DNA of 61,938 nucleotides from Minisyncoccota bacterium (lineage in GTDB: Bacteria > Patescibacteriota > Minisyncoccia > Phycocordibacterales > UBA6065), in assembly GCA_036400935.1 (NCBI GenBank), contig DASWWW010000002.1, positions 1 through 61,938 on the forward strand, in the 5' to 3' direction. Of this stretch, positions 49,043 through 58,669 are shown in pieces. Each line of letters opens with the position of its first letter. The first letter of the stretch is position 1. The notes under the pieces are model-generated. The model worked only from the letters and a program-made list of their open reading frames with translations, was not told the origin of the DNA and ran no database searches. The translations under genes and the position numbers were made by a program.

Positions 49043-50344
49043 TTATTCTAGTGACTTTATAACTTGGCCGAGAGCGATCTTCTCCTGAGTCCCCTTCTCC
49101 AAATCCTTTACCATTACCACCCCTTCCTTTGCCTCGTTTGCTCCATAGATGAGCGCGTATCGGATGCCCTTGTCGCTCGCGTACGAGAGCTGCTTCTTCA
49201 TGTCGGCGGAATCGAGATAGAGCATGGTGTTTACGCCAGCTTCGCGCAGTTCCGACGCGAGCTTGAGATAATCGTCGGTCAGCGCCTCGTCGAAATTGAC
49301 TATCAGCGCCTTTGCGGTAGATTTCTTTTCCTTAACGAGCTTGAGTTCCTCGAGCGCCGCATAAAGTCGGTCGAGACCAATGGACGCACCGACGGCTGGA
49401 ATAGTCTTGCCCGAGAACATGCCGACGAGATTGTCGTAACGGCCGCCCGCGCAAACGGTTCCAAAGCCCGGAACGTTGGTGAGTCGAGCCTCAAAGATGA
49501 GTCCGGTGTAGTAATCGAGCCCGCGAGCGATCGAGAGGTCGATTACGAACTGAGTGTCAGGGCTGAGGGTGTACGCGTATTCAATAATTGACGCAAGCTT
49601 TGCGAGCGGAGCCTTGATAGCGGGAAAAGCCTCTTCGATCTTTGAGATATCCGACGCGTTTTTGATGCTATCAATGGAAGTATCGGCAAAGGCGAGAATG
49701 CTGTTTGCAGTCTCGTCTGAAAAACCGTATTTCTTGAGTTCTTCGCCTACTCCCGGCGCTCCGATCTTGTCCATCTTGTCTACGGCGCGGATCGCGGAGA
49801 GCTTTTGCTCTTCGGAAAGGCCGAGCGACTCGTAGAAGGCGGCAATAATTTCGCGCGAGTTCACGCGGACGACGAATTCTGTCACGCCGAGCCTCTTGAG
49901 CGTCGTCGAAGCGAGGGCGAGGATCTCGGTGTCCGCCAAAGGACTGGTCGAGCCCACGATATCGGCGTCGCACTGGTAGAATTCGCGGTAGCGGCCCTTC
50001 TGGGTATTGTCCGCGCGCCACACGGGGCTGACCTGGTAGCGCTTGAAAGGCTTCTTGAGCTCGCCGTTCATGGCGACGACGCGGGCAAGAGGGATCGTCA
50101 GGTCGTAGCGCATCGCGACGTCGCGATCGCCGTTATCCTTGAACTTGTACATGAGCTTGTCCCCCTCGTCGCCGTACTTTCCGGTAAGAATGTCGGCGTA
50201 TTCCAAAACAGGAGTCTCGAGCGGCTCAAAAGCGAACGTCTCGTATGACGCCTTGATGGTTTCGATCATTTTCTGGCGGGCGATCTGCTTTTCAGGCAGG
50301 AAATCTCGGAAGCCTTTGAGGGTTCGTGGTTCGATCTGTGACAT
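49043..50344 (-). CDS. hisS: Histidyl-tRNA synthetase
   Basis: PRTLKGFRDFLP, MRYDLTIPLAR, WRADNTQKGRYREFYQCD, GGRYDNLV. Confidence 0.95.
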   Translation of the reverse strand: MSQIEPRTLKGFRDFLPEKQIARQKMIETIKASYETFAFEPLETPVLEYADILTGKYGDEGDKLMYKFKDNGDRDVAMRYDLTIPLARVVAMNGELKKPFKRYQVSPVWRADNTQKGRYREFYQCDADIVGSTSPLADTEILALASTTLKRLGVTEFVVRVNSREIIAAFYESLGLSEEQKLSAIRAVDKMDKIGAPGVGEELKKYGFSDETANSILAFADTSIDSIKNASDISKIEEAFPAIKAPLAKLASIIEYAYTLSPDTQFVIDLSIARGLDYYTGLIFEARLTNVPGFGTVCAGGRYDNLVGMFSGKTIPAVGASIGLDRLYAALEELKLVKEKKSTAKALIVNFDEALTDDYLKLASELREAGVNTMLYLDSADMKKQLSYASDKGIRYALIYGANEAKEGVVMVKDLEKGTQEKIALGQVIKSLE

Positions 50345-50357
50345 ATATTTGGTGATG

Positions 50358-51302
50358 CTATTTTAACATAGTTTGCTTAATCAGCTTTTTAACAATTGAT
50401 TTTGCCTCTTCTAGATATTTTTCCTCTATAAGATCCGACGTGTCGGCGTCACTGTGATAGATTTCCATCAATTTCTCGATATTCGAGCCCAAAGTGACGA
50501 CGTCTCCCTTGATGGCTTTCATATTCCAGAGCGGAAATGCCAGCTTTAGGATCTTTGGATCCCTAATTTCCTGAACCGGGCCGTTTCCGACGCAATCAAC
50601 TACGACCACCGACCTCGCCTGAGCCAAAAGGTCTCCGTATCTCTCTTCGAATACCCTGTAGCCCCCGCCCCAATACGTAGGGTAGTCATATGAAAGCTCC
50701 TCGTTCGGGTCAAAGACGAAAAGGGCATCCTGAAGCAGCTCCGGGTTGGAGCATGCGAGCGACAGGCAGACGGCCGTGCCCGACGCATTGTCGAGGGCAC
50801 CGGGACCAATCGAGTCATAATGCGAAAATATGATCGTTTTTGGGTTTATCGCATTGCCTACGAGTATTTGGGACAGACCATATTTCTTCTTAGTTACTTT
50901 TACTTCAGCGGAAACCTTTTTTGCCTTCACGATTGTGCTGATATCCGTCGCCCTTACCGCGACTGACGGCGCGAAATAGAAATTTGATCTCGATACCGTC
51001 TCGCTTTTCGGGTTGAAATTTATATTTGGTACGTCAATGAGGTATTTTGAGCTGATGAGCGAGCTCGTTATCGCGGAATTGCCCGATATCGTGCCGCCGA
51101 CAAACGACGCCGGCATCGATTCCACGGCTTTTCCGTCCGCGACGAGCTTTGATTTTGCAGTTGGCAGCTCTGTTTCTATTGGCTCGACGGAAAAGGCGAC
51201 CTTCTTACTTTTTAAGTAAGCCATCAAATATTCCCCTGCCTCGATTGCGGTCTTTCCTTGCCTTTCGCCGAGCGATTCCAGCTTTTTGACTATATCCATC
51301 AT
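50358..51302 (-). CDS. M28-family zinc peptidase-like protein
   Basis: SHYDS, GALDNASG, PNEE, VVDCVG and YHSDAD occur in the order of the M28 metal ligands. Confidence 0.75.
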   Translation of the reverse strand: MMDIVKKLESLGERQGKTAIEAGEYLMAYLKSKKVAFSVEPIETELPTAKSKLVADGKAVESMPASFVGGTISGNSAITSSLISSKYLIDVPNINFNPKSETVSRSNFYFAPSVAVRATDISTIVKAKKVSAEVKVTKKKYGLSQILVGNAINPKTIIFSHYDSIGPGALDNASGTAVCLSLACSNPELLQDALFVFDPNEELSYDYPTYWGGGYRVFEERYGDLLAQARSVVVVDCVGNGPVQEIRDPKILKLAFPLWNMKAIKGDVVTLGSNIEKLMEIYHSDADTSDLIEEKYLEEAKSIVKKLIKQTMLK

Positions 51303-51405
51303 ATATTTCGCATATTATCCTATTAATTTGCTTTAACCTCTAACCTACCGACAGAAAGTTCGATCCGAGGCCCGTAAAGGCCAAGGATCGAACTGTTCTC
51401 GTCTC

Positions 51406-52377
51406 TCAGCGATACGCGATGACCTGGTCTGCGATCTTGCGGAAGAAAGCGACCGTGTCATTCGTATCAAGAGCGAGCGCCGACGCGGACAACTTGGCCA
51501 TGGCGGCCTTGCCATCCGAAAGGATGTGCTTGTTGCAATAGAGCATATCCATGGACAGGTGCGGGACTTTGACTACCAAGGGACTGAAGCCAGTGCCCGT
51601 GATGATCTTCCCTACCGTGTCCTCAAAGAGCGACTTCGCGTGAACCACCTCTGAGAGAGGATTATCGTATGTCTCGAACAGAACGTACGTGCCGTCGATG
51701 AACCACGACAAGTACAGGACGTAGTACCAGGAAGCCGGCGGGCGGTCCCGGTCGAGGATGCCCTCGGCGCCGACGCTTGCCTTGGTCTCGCCTCCGCCCT
51801 TCTCGCGATAGACGAACGGCGGCTTCTTGCGGGCGACCCTGAGCATGTCCGTATACAGGAGCGACACGTCGAGCGGGGGCCTCTCGCCTGTCACCTGCTC
51901 GCGCAAGTCCGAATGGTACGACACCAGATCTCCGGAAAACGCGATCGGGATGCGGTCGAGGGGCATGCCCTCGATATCCGAGCCCGGGACTCGCGTCGCC
52001 TTCTCGTACTCGATGGCCATTTCCGACTTCTCATTCCAAGAGATCCATGGCATCTTCACGCGGTGAAGCTTGTCGTGGTTCTTGGAGGTGTAGGCGTCGC
52101 GGCCGAACGGAATGGTGATCGGCTGAAGGCCGAGCGATTCCGCTCCTATCGTGAACGATATGTCTTCCGCGCAGACTGAGGCTACCTGCCTTGCCAGAAC
52201 TGCGAGCGGCCTGTCTTTCCTGACCGGCTCAAAGAAGGCGTCGATGCGCGCGAACACGTCATCGATGCCGTATTGAGACTGGATGAACGAGCTAACAGAA
52301 GCCCTGATCTGCGCCCGTTTCGAGGCGCGAATCGAGAGCTCCGAGTGGAGCTGACTTTTCGAGGTTATGTAGTGCAT
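51406..52377 (-). CDS. Hypothetical protein (323 aa), no recognisable family
   Basis: Long clean ORF isolated by spacers of 103 and 232 nt. Confidence 0.6.
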   Translation of the reverse strand: MHYITSKSQLHSELSIRASKRAQIRASVSSFIQSQYGIDDVFARIDAFFEPVRKDRPLAVLARQVASVCAEDISFTIGAESLGLQPITIPFGRDAYTSKNHDKLHRVKMPWISWNEKSEMAIEYEKATRVPGSDIEGMPLDRIPIAFSGDLVSYHSDLREQVTGERPPLDVSLLYTDMLRVARKKPPFVYREKGGGETKASVGAEGILDRDRPPASWYYVLYLSWFIDGTYVLFETYDNPLSEVVHAKSLFEDTVGKIITGTGFSPLVVKVPHLSMDMLYCNKHILSDGKAAMAKLSASALALDTNDTVAFFRKIADQVIAYR

Positions 52378-52415
52378 AGCGAAAATTCTCTCTAGCGGTT
52401 TGTTAAGGAACGCAA

Positions 52416-52439
52416 AACCAGCCCCGAAAAGGGCTGGTT
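52416..52439. terminator. Hairpin about 170 nt downstream of the Nudix gene
   Basis: aaccagccc-cgaaaa-gggctggtt (9 bp). Confidence 0.45.
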
Positions 52440-52609
52440 CCTGACTTCATAACGATGCGATTCTGAGACTATTCGCGCGGCATAAAAGCAGATACAAGCC
52501 CTATTCGTGGGGTTGTATAAAAATGCCATGCGAAATTGTTGGCGTTTGCTTTTATGGATACGAATGTATTCATGGGTATAAGGATAACCTGATTTGCTGC
52601 GTTGTCAAC

Positions 52610-53101
52610 TTAGCGTCTTGAAAGGACTTCCTCAATCCTTCTCATGATATGATCCTGGACCTCGCCGTAATCGAAATGCTTCTTGTAGTCTTTCCGGTCG
52701 ACGAGCTTTATTTCAGTGATATCGCCGTCGGGATCGGCGACGAACGGGCCATAAGGCTCGACGATGCAGAGCGTCCTGCTCTGATGGATGGTCCGATGCG
52801 GCTCGAACACCGTCTGATAGCCGATAGGAATCTGCTTGAGGACTTTCATGTTCGATTCCTCCTTGACCTCGCGCTCCGTTGCGGCCGCGAGCGACTCGCC
52901 CGCCTCCAGCTTGCCTCCGATCGGCGTCCAACGCTCGCGGCTCTTGTCGTATACAAGGACCAATTCGCCGCCCGTGGTTATGCAGACCGCCCCGATGCTT
53001 TCGAAGCTCAAATCCTTAACGTCGTCATACGACTCGATATCGTGATAGTGGACGTCTACCTCGCCCATCGTACGGGTTTTTACCCTGAGCTTGATCTCCA
53101 T
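52610..53101 (-). CDS. NUDIX hydrolase
   Basis: Nudix box GGKLEAGESLAAATEREVKEESNM. ATG at 53101; an alternative TTG lies at 53110. Confidence 0.8.
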   Translation of the reverse strand: MEIKLRVKTRTMGEVDVHYHDIESYDDVKDLSFESIGAVCITTGGELVLVYDKSRERWTPIGGKLEAGESLAAATEREVKEESNMKVLKQIPIGYQTVFEPHRTIHQSRTLCIVEPYGPFVADPDGDITEIKLVDRKDYKKHFDYGEVQDHIMRRIEEVLSRR

Positions 53102-53152
53102 GATCTTCAAAGTGTAGCATCAAGTAGTGCTAGTATTAAGGCCTACGACGCC

Positions 53153-54559
53153 ATGATATCCCTCAAGAACATAACTATCGGCTTTCATAACCAGGAACCA
53201 CTCAAGGATGTGAGCCTCAAGGTCGCCCGCGGCGAGCGCGTCGGCCTGATTGGCGAGAACGGTTCCGGCAAGTCCACCCTGCTCAAGATCATGGCCGGCC
53301 TGCTTGAGGCTGATTCCGGTGGTATCGATCGCAAAGGGTCGGTTGGATATTTGGTGCAGGAGCCTGTCGTGATTGGCTCGGACGGGATGTCGGGCGGAGA
53401 AAGGAGCCGCGCCGCGCTCGAGACCGCCCTGGGCACGGACGCGAGCGAGCACGACGTGTACCTTTTGGACGAGCCGACGAACAATTTGGACGTAGTCGCC
53501 CTCGAATGGCTCGAGAATCTGATAAAGAGGTCTCCGGCCGGGTTCGTCATCGTGTCTCACGACCGAAAATTCCTCGACAATACCGTCACGAAGATCGTCG
53601 AGATCGATTCATTCACTAAAAAGCTCGTCCCGTACGGAGGAAATTACTCGTATTTCAGGGAAAAGAAACAGTCTGAGCGCGACAATGAGCTGAAAAGGCG
53701 CGACGCGTACGAAAAGAAGGTCGATCGCCTGAACGATTCGATCCGGGAAAAGAAAAATTGGGCCAAGACCGGCTCGACAGAGACCGTCATGACCGATACT
53801 GAAAAGATGGGAGCCGGCGTGCGCATGGACCGCTCCGTGCACATCTTCAGCTTGGCCAAGAATCTGGAGCGGCAGCTGGCAAGGACGCATGAGGAAGCGC
53901 CGCTCGATCGCCATGTCCCCACTCCCCTTTCATTCGAGTTCCTTCCTGCGGAAAGATCGGGCGCAGTGGCCTTTGAGGCAAGGGATCTGGTCAAAAAATT
54001 TGCTGGAAAAGCGGGCGACTCCGTCACGATCGGCCCAATAAGCGCCCATATAGAGTACGGCGACACTGTGGGCATCGTTGGACTCAATGGCGCCGGTAAG
54101 AGTACGTTTATCGAGATGCTTCTCGGGCATATTGCGCCGGACTCGGGCGAGCTTTCAAGGGCAAAGAATTTGGCACTCGGCTATTTGAGGCAGAAGCCCC
54201 TCATAGAAGAGCAAAATGTCGTTGATTCCATGCCAAACTCCACTCGCGAAGAGATTACCCGCACGCGCCACATTCTGTTCCGATTCGGCTTTACGGAGAA
54301 TCAGGTTACGCGGCCAATTTCACTGCTCTCTCCTGGCGAACGGTCGCGTCTTGTGCTGGCGCAGCTCGTAGTGACCCGGCCAAACTGCATCATTCTCGAC
54401 GAGCCATCGAACCATTTGGATATAGAGGCGTTGGAGGCGCTTGAGGAAGCATTGCGAAGCTTCGAGGGTACGGTTATCGTAGTAAGCCATGACCGATATT
54501 TCCTCGAGAGAATCAAGCCGAATAAAATGATTGAGATGGTGCGTAAAGCTAGGCCCTAA
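53153..54559 (+). CDS. ABC-F-type ATPase (two ABC domains, no TM domain)
   Basis: GENGSGKST / MSGGERSR / YLLDEPTNNLD, then GLNGAGKST / LSPGERSR / IILDEPSNHLD. Start set at the ATG at 53153; the listed upstream part is antisense to the Nudix gene. Confidence 0.85.
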   Translation: MISLKNITIGFHNQEPLKDVSLKVARGERVGLIGENGSGKSTLLKIMAGLLEADSGGIDRKGSVGYLVQEPVVIGSDGMSGGERSRAALETALGTDASEHDVYLLDEPTNNLDVVALEWLENLIKRSPAGFVIVSHDRKFLDNTVTKIVEIDSFTKKLVPYGGNYSYFREKKQSERDNELKRRDAYEKKVDRLNDSIREKKNWAKTGSTETVMTDTEKMGAGVRMDRSVHIFSLAKNLERQLARTHEEAPLDRHVPTPLSFEFLPAERSGAVAFEARDLVKKFAGKAGDSVTIGPISAHIEYGDTVGIVGLNGAGKSTFIEMLLGHIAPDSGELSRAKNLALGYLRQKPLIEEQNVVDSMPNSTREEITRTRHILFRFGFTENQVTRPISLLSPGERSRLVLAQLVVTRPNCIILDEPSNHLDIEALEALEEALRSFEGTVIVVSHDRYFLERIKPNKMIEMVRKARP

Positions 54560-55676
54560 TGACCTTCTCGAAGATCTTTGCGAGATTCACTGCATGTTTT
54601 TTCCAGCTAATATTCTTTTCAATATACATCTCTGCATTTTTCCCTAACAAGTGCCGCAGGTTTTCGTCAGAGAGTAGCTTTAAGGCAGCCTCGGCTATCT
54701 GGGCTTGATCGTAAGGACGAACAAGGAAGCCGCTTTTCATGTGGACCATCACATCCTCATTGCCATTATCGGTCGTGGCTATAATAGGTCGTCCCGCCGC
54801 CATAGCTTCTAGCACTGTCCCCATAAGACCGTCTCCCCTATGGGATGGAAACAAGCATATGTCGGCCATTTTGAAGTAATCGGAAGGATTGCTGACCAGG
54901 CCAGTAAAGGTTATATGATCCTTAACCCCCAACGAGCTCGCTTTCTTTTCGAGCTCATCCCTCAGTTCGCCGTCTCCAACTATCCAAAGATGGACATCGT
55001 CCCTTTTTGACAAAATAAGCGGAAAAGATTCCATCAGTGTCATAACACCTTTTCGTTCAATTAATCTTCCCGCAAAAACTAAATTGAATTGAGCCTTTGG
55101 GAGGATCTTCTGAGTGATTGGGACAGGATAATCAACACCGGTAGGCAGTTTGTAGGACTGCTTAATATTTGACAGAATGTCTTTCCAATTTTTTTGCACA
55201 ATTGAACTGATGGATATAGCCGCGTCGCAAAACTGCATAAATGAGCTGTAGGCCGGGATTTCCACTGATGGCGTTCCTAATATGTATACAATATTTGGAA
55301 TTTCCTGCGGCTTGAACAGGCAGTCTGGCATATAGTAGGTCAGTATTATGTCAGGCGCGCTTGATGACAGGTCTTCCCGGATCACTTCGCTAAATGCGAT
55401 AGATTCGGCCACCCATCGAATATGTTTGCTATCCGGCTTGATGTCATAGATTCCAGGCAGCCTTTTCGATACGTCGAATTTCTTGATGGAGAGCCCTTCT
55501 ATTCTTTTCAGGCTCAATTCCTTGAAGAAAAAGGTCTCCCTGAGACTGGGGACGTCGGAAGTATAAAGCACAACCTCGTGCCCCAAATCGGCCAAATGCT
55601 CCGCATGCTTCAAAGACACCCTTTCGGATCCGGCGATAAAATACGAAGCCCTTGGCTCTATGAGGGCTATTTTCAT
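54549..55676 (-). CDS. Glycosyltransferase family 4 (GT-B, group 1)
   Basis: C-terminal ...FPSHRGDGLMGTVLEAMAAGRPIIAT...G.LV (E-x7-E-type motif region). Confidence 0.85.
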   Translation of the reverse strand: MKIALIEPRASYFIAGSERVSLKHAEHLADLGHEVVLYTSDVPSLRETFFFKELSLKRIEGLSIKKFDVSKRLPGIYDIKPDSKHIRWVAESIAFSEVIREDLSSSAPDIILTYYMPDCLFKPQEIPNIVYILGTPSVEIPAYSSFMQFCDAAISISSIVQKNWKDILSNIKQSYKLPTGVDYPVPITQKILPKAQFNLVFAGRLIERKGVMTLMESFPLILSKRDDVHLWIVGDGELRDELEKKASSLGVKDHITFTGLVSNPSDYFKMADICLFPSHRGDGLMGTVLEAMAAGRPIIATTDNGNEDVMVHMKSGFLVRPYDQAQIAEAALKLLSDENLRHLLGKNAEMYIEKNISWKKHAVNLAKIFEKVIRA

Positions 55677-56200
55677 AAAGACAATTTACCTTCTATGTGG
55701 TCGCAAAGCATGTCGAACTGCATTTTACCAGTCGTGTATTTGTCAATGAAGCCTACGTATTTTGGCAAATCCCTGTAATGCACGAAGATCCTTTCTTCGA
55801 CCTCAAAGCCATCCTTGAGTGGAACAAACGCATCGAGCTTCCCTGTCGTACAAACGAAGCGCACTTGCAAATTGTGCCTGTCGATCTCCTTTTCGCCTGA
55901 TGGATTTATGATTTCCAGCGAACCCAGGAGCCTTATGTCTAGAGGCTCAAATTGGGCCTCTTCCTTGAATTCTCTTACTAATCCCTGAAGGGCAGTCTCT
56001 CCGCTTTCGACTCCGCCGCCAGGTGGAGTGAATCGTTCTTCCCCCTTATCCCTCACGAGAGCAATGAGGCCGGAAGGGCTTAGTGAAAATCCATAGACTT
56101 GATGAACAGGGATGCCTTCGGGCATGGACCCCGGATGCCATACATATGTCATCGCTTTTCCATTCCTTTCCCTATTTTCTGTCAATTTATATTTTTCCAT
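55673..56200 (-). CDS. NUDIX hydrolase
   Basis: Nudix box GGGVESGETALQGLVREFKEEAQF. I preferred the start at 56200 (MEKYK) because the upstream 13 codons are encoded by a terminator hairpin plus T-run; the alternative start is 56239. Confidence 0.75.
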   Translation of the reverse strand: MEKYKLTENRERNGKAMTYVWHPGSMPEGIPVHQVYGFSLSPSGLIALVRDKGEERFTPPGGGVESGETALQGLVREFKEEAQFEPLDIRLLGSLEIINPSGEKEIDRHNLQVRFVCTTGKLDAFVPLKDGFEVEERIFVHYRDLPKYVGFIDKYTTGKMQFDMLCDHIEGKLSL

Positions 56201-56210
56201 GATTGCAAAT

Positions 56211-56216
56211 ATTATA
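56211..56216 (-). promoter_or_regulatory. -10 box TATAAT 10 nt upstream of the ATG at 56200
   Basis: The minus strand reads tataat-atttgcaatc-ATG. Confidence 0.35.
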
Positions 56217-56223
56217 GCAATAA

Positions 56224-56247
56224 AAAAGCCTATGTTCATAGGCTTTT
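56224..56247 (-). terminator. Hairpin plus T-run spanning the stop codon of the histidine-phosphatase gene
   Basis: The minus strand reads aaaagcctatg-aa-cataggctttt followed by ttatt. Confidence 0.55.
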
Positions 56248-57057
56248 GGTGATCATGTTTAGGTATGAAATCTCCTTCTGAAGAACTAATGCGGACCTCG
56301 ACTTGGGCGGCTTGCTAATAACTATCCCTGACGCAAAGCCGATTGGCTGTCTTGAGCCCCTTTTTTCCAAGTAGCGTACGAAATAGCCGGGATCATGGGC
56401 GTGAGCATCTTCAAATACAGAGATCGAGCTTGAAATTCTCTGAATGCGCGAGCATGTTGCCTGATGGGCAACGGCTATGTTCAAGTGCGGCCCGGTATCT
56501 GAATAGATCTGGCTAAGAAACCTATATATCCTCAGCGAAAAATCCCCTTGATGCTCTCCAAACTCGCTAAACCAGCCGGCTATGTCTGGATACTTTGGGA
56601 CTCCCTTCGGATCCATTTTCGGATCGCCAAACCGATAGAGCATCTCCGAATCGTCGAGCTCCTTCTGCCAGGCCTTCCAGGCATTGACGAGAGGCTTGTA
56701 TTCGGTTCCTTCTCGATGATCCTTGATAAGGAATTTCCCTTGCCGGACCTCCCTGAGCATGTCCGTTTCCTTCATTTCCACCGATATGCCAGATCCGAAC
56801 AGCTCTTGTGCTATGATCGACGCGGTCTGAATTGTGCGGAGCCTATTGCTGTAGCTCAACCGCACCTTCATGATACCTGTTGTTCCACAATATCCGATTA
56901 TCTGGACAGCCAGATTTCTGATATCGGGTTTCGTCTCCTCGGTGAGTGGCTGGTTAAGCTCTTGTGAGAGCTCGGATACGTCAATCCCGTGACGAACCAG
57001 CACAAGAACATCCTCCGGCCCTTTGCCCAAAACGTCTGGATTTTCAATAAGTTGCAT
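56236..57057 (-). CDS. Histidine phosphatase superfamily (phosphoglycerate-mutase-like) protein
   Basis: VLVLVRHG (RHG motif) near the N-terminus and a second His in VAHQAT. Confidence 0.6.
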   Translation of the reverse strand: MQLIENPDVLGKGPEDVLVLVRHGIDVSELSQELNQPLTEETKPDIRNLAVQIIGYCGTTGIMKVRLSYSNRLRTIQTASIIAQELFGSGISVEMKETDMLREVRQGKFLIKDHREGTEYKPLVNAWKAWQKELDDSEMLYRFGDPKMDPKGVPKYPDIAGWFSEFGEHQGDFSLRIYRFLSQIYSDTGPHLNIAVAHQATCSRIQRISSSISVFEDAHAHDPGYFVRYLEKRGSRQPIGFASGIVISKPPKSRSALVLQKEISYLNMITKSL

Positions 57058-57137
57058 GTATTGTCCTTTCCTGGCTGAACCTTATATCAAAGACTCGCCA
57101 GTGGCAATATCCTCCGCCCCGTCATATTATTAGGGTA

Positions 57138-58052
57138 ATGAATCAAAGTCGCAGAAGCGCCGTATTGGGAGTTTGCGCCAGAAATGAAGAATCTGGGATT
57201 TTGTTGACCCTAGACAGTATCGTCCGATCGGCGCAGAGGTCGAATCTTGCAGATTGGCACCTTGCCATATGCGCAAATGGCTGCACAGATATGACTGTCC
57301 CTCAGGTGAGATCGTGGCAGGCGAGAAATCCAAAAGTGGTCAGCGTCTTGCTCGTAAGGGACGAGGGCAGCCTTGTCGAGGCTCAGCGCGAAATTTCTCA
57401 ATATAAGAACAAGTCGGGCCTGACGGATCTTATCTTTTTTGGAGCCGACGTTTTGGTGGATGAAGATTGCATAAAAGAGCTCCTCAATGCCTCTTTTCCG
57501 TCAAACATAGTCGCGGCCTATGCGGTAAGCGTTCCTATTACTAACAAGAAGGAGACCTTTGTTGAGCAGGTGCTCAACCAGTACGACCTTTCTCCCACTA
57601 TTTTCTCGCCGAGAAAGCACTTGCATGGAAGGTCCTTTCTGATAAAGGACTGGAATATGCCCATAACAAATCCGCCTCTTTTTGTCGACGATATATACCT
57701 CTCTTTCTACTTGCTCACGAAATATGGCCCCGGCTCAATCGCTCGGGCCGAAAAGGCAAAGGTCCATTTCCATCAGATATCCTCTTATCGGGATTTTCAT
57801 AATACATTCAAGAGAAGGAAGAAAGAGCTGCAAAAGTGCTTCTCTCTCTTTCCGGAGTTCAAGTCTTTGCCTGCGGATCAAATAAACAGGGAAATCAGCT
57901 TTCGAAAGCTTTTAAAGGAGCCGCCGAAAAGATTCATTAAATGGATGGCCCTCCTTCTACTTCGGAAGGCATCATCAGTTCGCCTTAAGCTGTCGCGTGG
58001 TGGCAAGGCTAAAAACTGGATAGCTGCAGGTAGCACAAAGAAGGGCTTTTAG
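57138..58052 (+). CDS. Glycosyltransferase family 2 (GT-A)
   Basis: LGVCARNEE..I..TLDSI....LAICANGCTDMT...DxD-like VDED. Confidence 0.75.
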   Translation: MNQSRRSAVLGVCARNEESGILLTLDSIVRSAQRSNLADWHLAICANGCTDMTVPQVRSWQARNPKVVSVLLVRDEGSLVEAQREISQYKNKSGLTDLIFFGADVLVDEDCIKELLNASFPSNIVAAYAVSVPITNKKETFVEQVLNQYDLSPTIFSPRKHLHGRSFLIKDWNMPITNPPLFVDDIYLSFYLLTKYGPGSIARAEKAKVHFHQISSYRDFHNTFKRRKKELQKCFSLFPEFKSLPADQINREISFRKLLKEPPKRFIKWMALLLLRKASSVRLKLSRGGKAKNWIAAGSTKKGF

Positions 58053-58062
58053 ATACAGAATT

Positions 58063-58668
58063 ATGCTTATAATTGCGCACAGAATAAACAGAATATCCCA
58101 GCTCGCCGAAGTGCCCCATAGATACGGAGTGGAAGTGGACGTAAGGGCTTATATGGATGATCTGGTACTGAATCACGAGCCGTTTGAGACGGGCGATTCT
58201 CTTGACGAATACATCAAGAATTTTAGCCACGCTTTCATCATTTTCAATATCAAAGAGGCGGGTATCGAAAAGAGGGTTATCGAAACAGCGAAACGCCATG
58301 GGATCGAGAATTACTTCCTTCTCGATGTGGAGGCGTATTGGATACATCATGCAACAGAAAGAGGATTCAAGAAAATCGCCGTCCGCTACTCTGAAAACGA
58401 ACCCTTGCAATCAGCGCTTGTCTATAAGGGCAGGGCTGAATGGCTGTGGATAGATATCCCAACCAAACTTCCCTTGTCAGAAGAGATCGTCAGCCAGATA
58501 AGGGAATTCAGGACTTGCCTCGTATGCCCGGAGCGTTGGAATCGTCCTCATGAAATACAGGGCTACATAGATGAGATCAAAAGCCTGGACTTCAAGCTCG
58601 ATGCGGTCATGACCTCGCTCAAGCATGCTGAGCAGTGGGAGGAGCTGGGGCGTCATTACCAAAACTAG
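58063..58668 (+). CDS. GDPD / PI-PLC-like TIM-barrel phosphodiesterase-like protein
   Basis: MLIIAHRIN...GVEVDVRAYMDDLVLNHEP follows the AHR...E.D.R...L...H(D/E) pattern. Confidence 0.5.
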   Translation: MLIIAHRINRISQLAEVPHRYGVEVDVRAYMDDLVLNHEPFETGDSLDEYIKNFSHAFIIFNIKEAGIEKRVIETAKRHGIENYFLLDVEAYWIHHATERGFKKIAVRYSENEPLQSALVYKGRAEWLWIDIPTKLPLSEEIVSQIREFRTCLVCPERWNRPHEIQGYIDEIKSLDFKLDAVMTSLKHAEQWEELGRHYQN

Positions 58669-58669
58669 C

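Noticed and set aside
52649-53152. The N-terminal 168 codons of the listed 636-aa ORF preceding the ABC-F gene.
   Set aside because: This part is antisense to the well-supported Nudix gene (52610-53101) and has no ABC features. The ABC-F domain begins right after the ATG at 53153.
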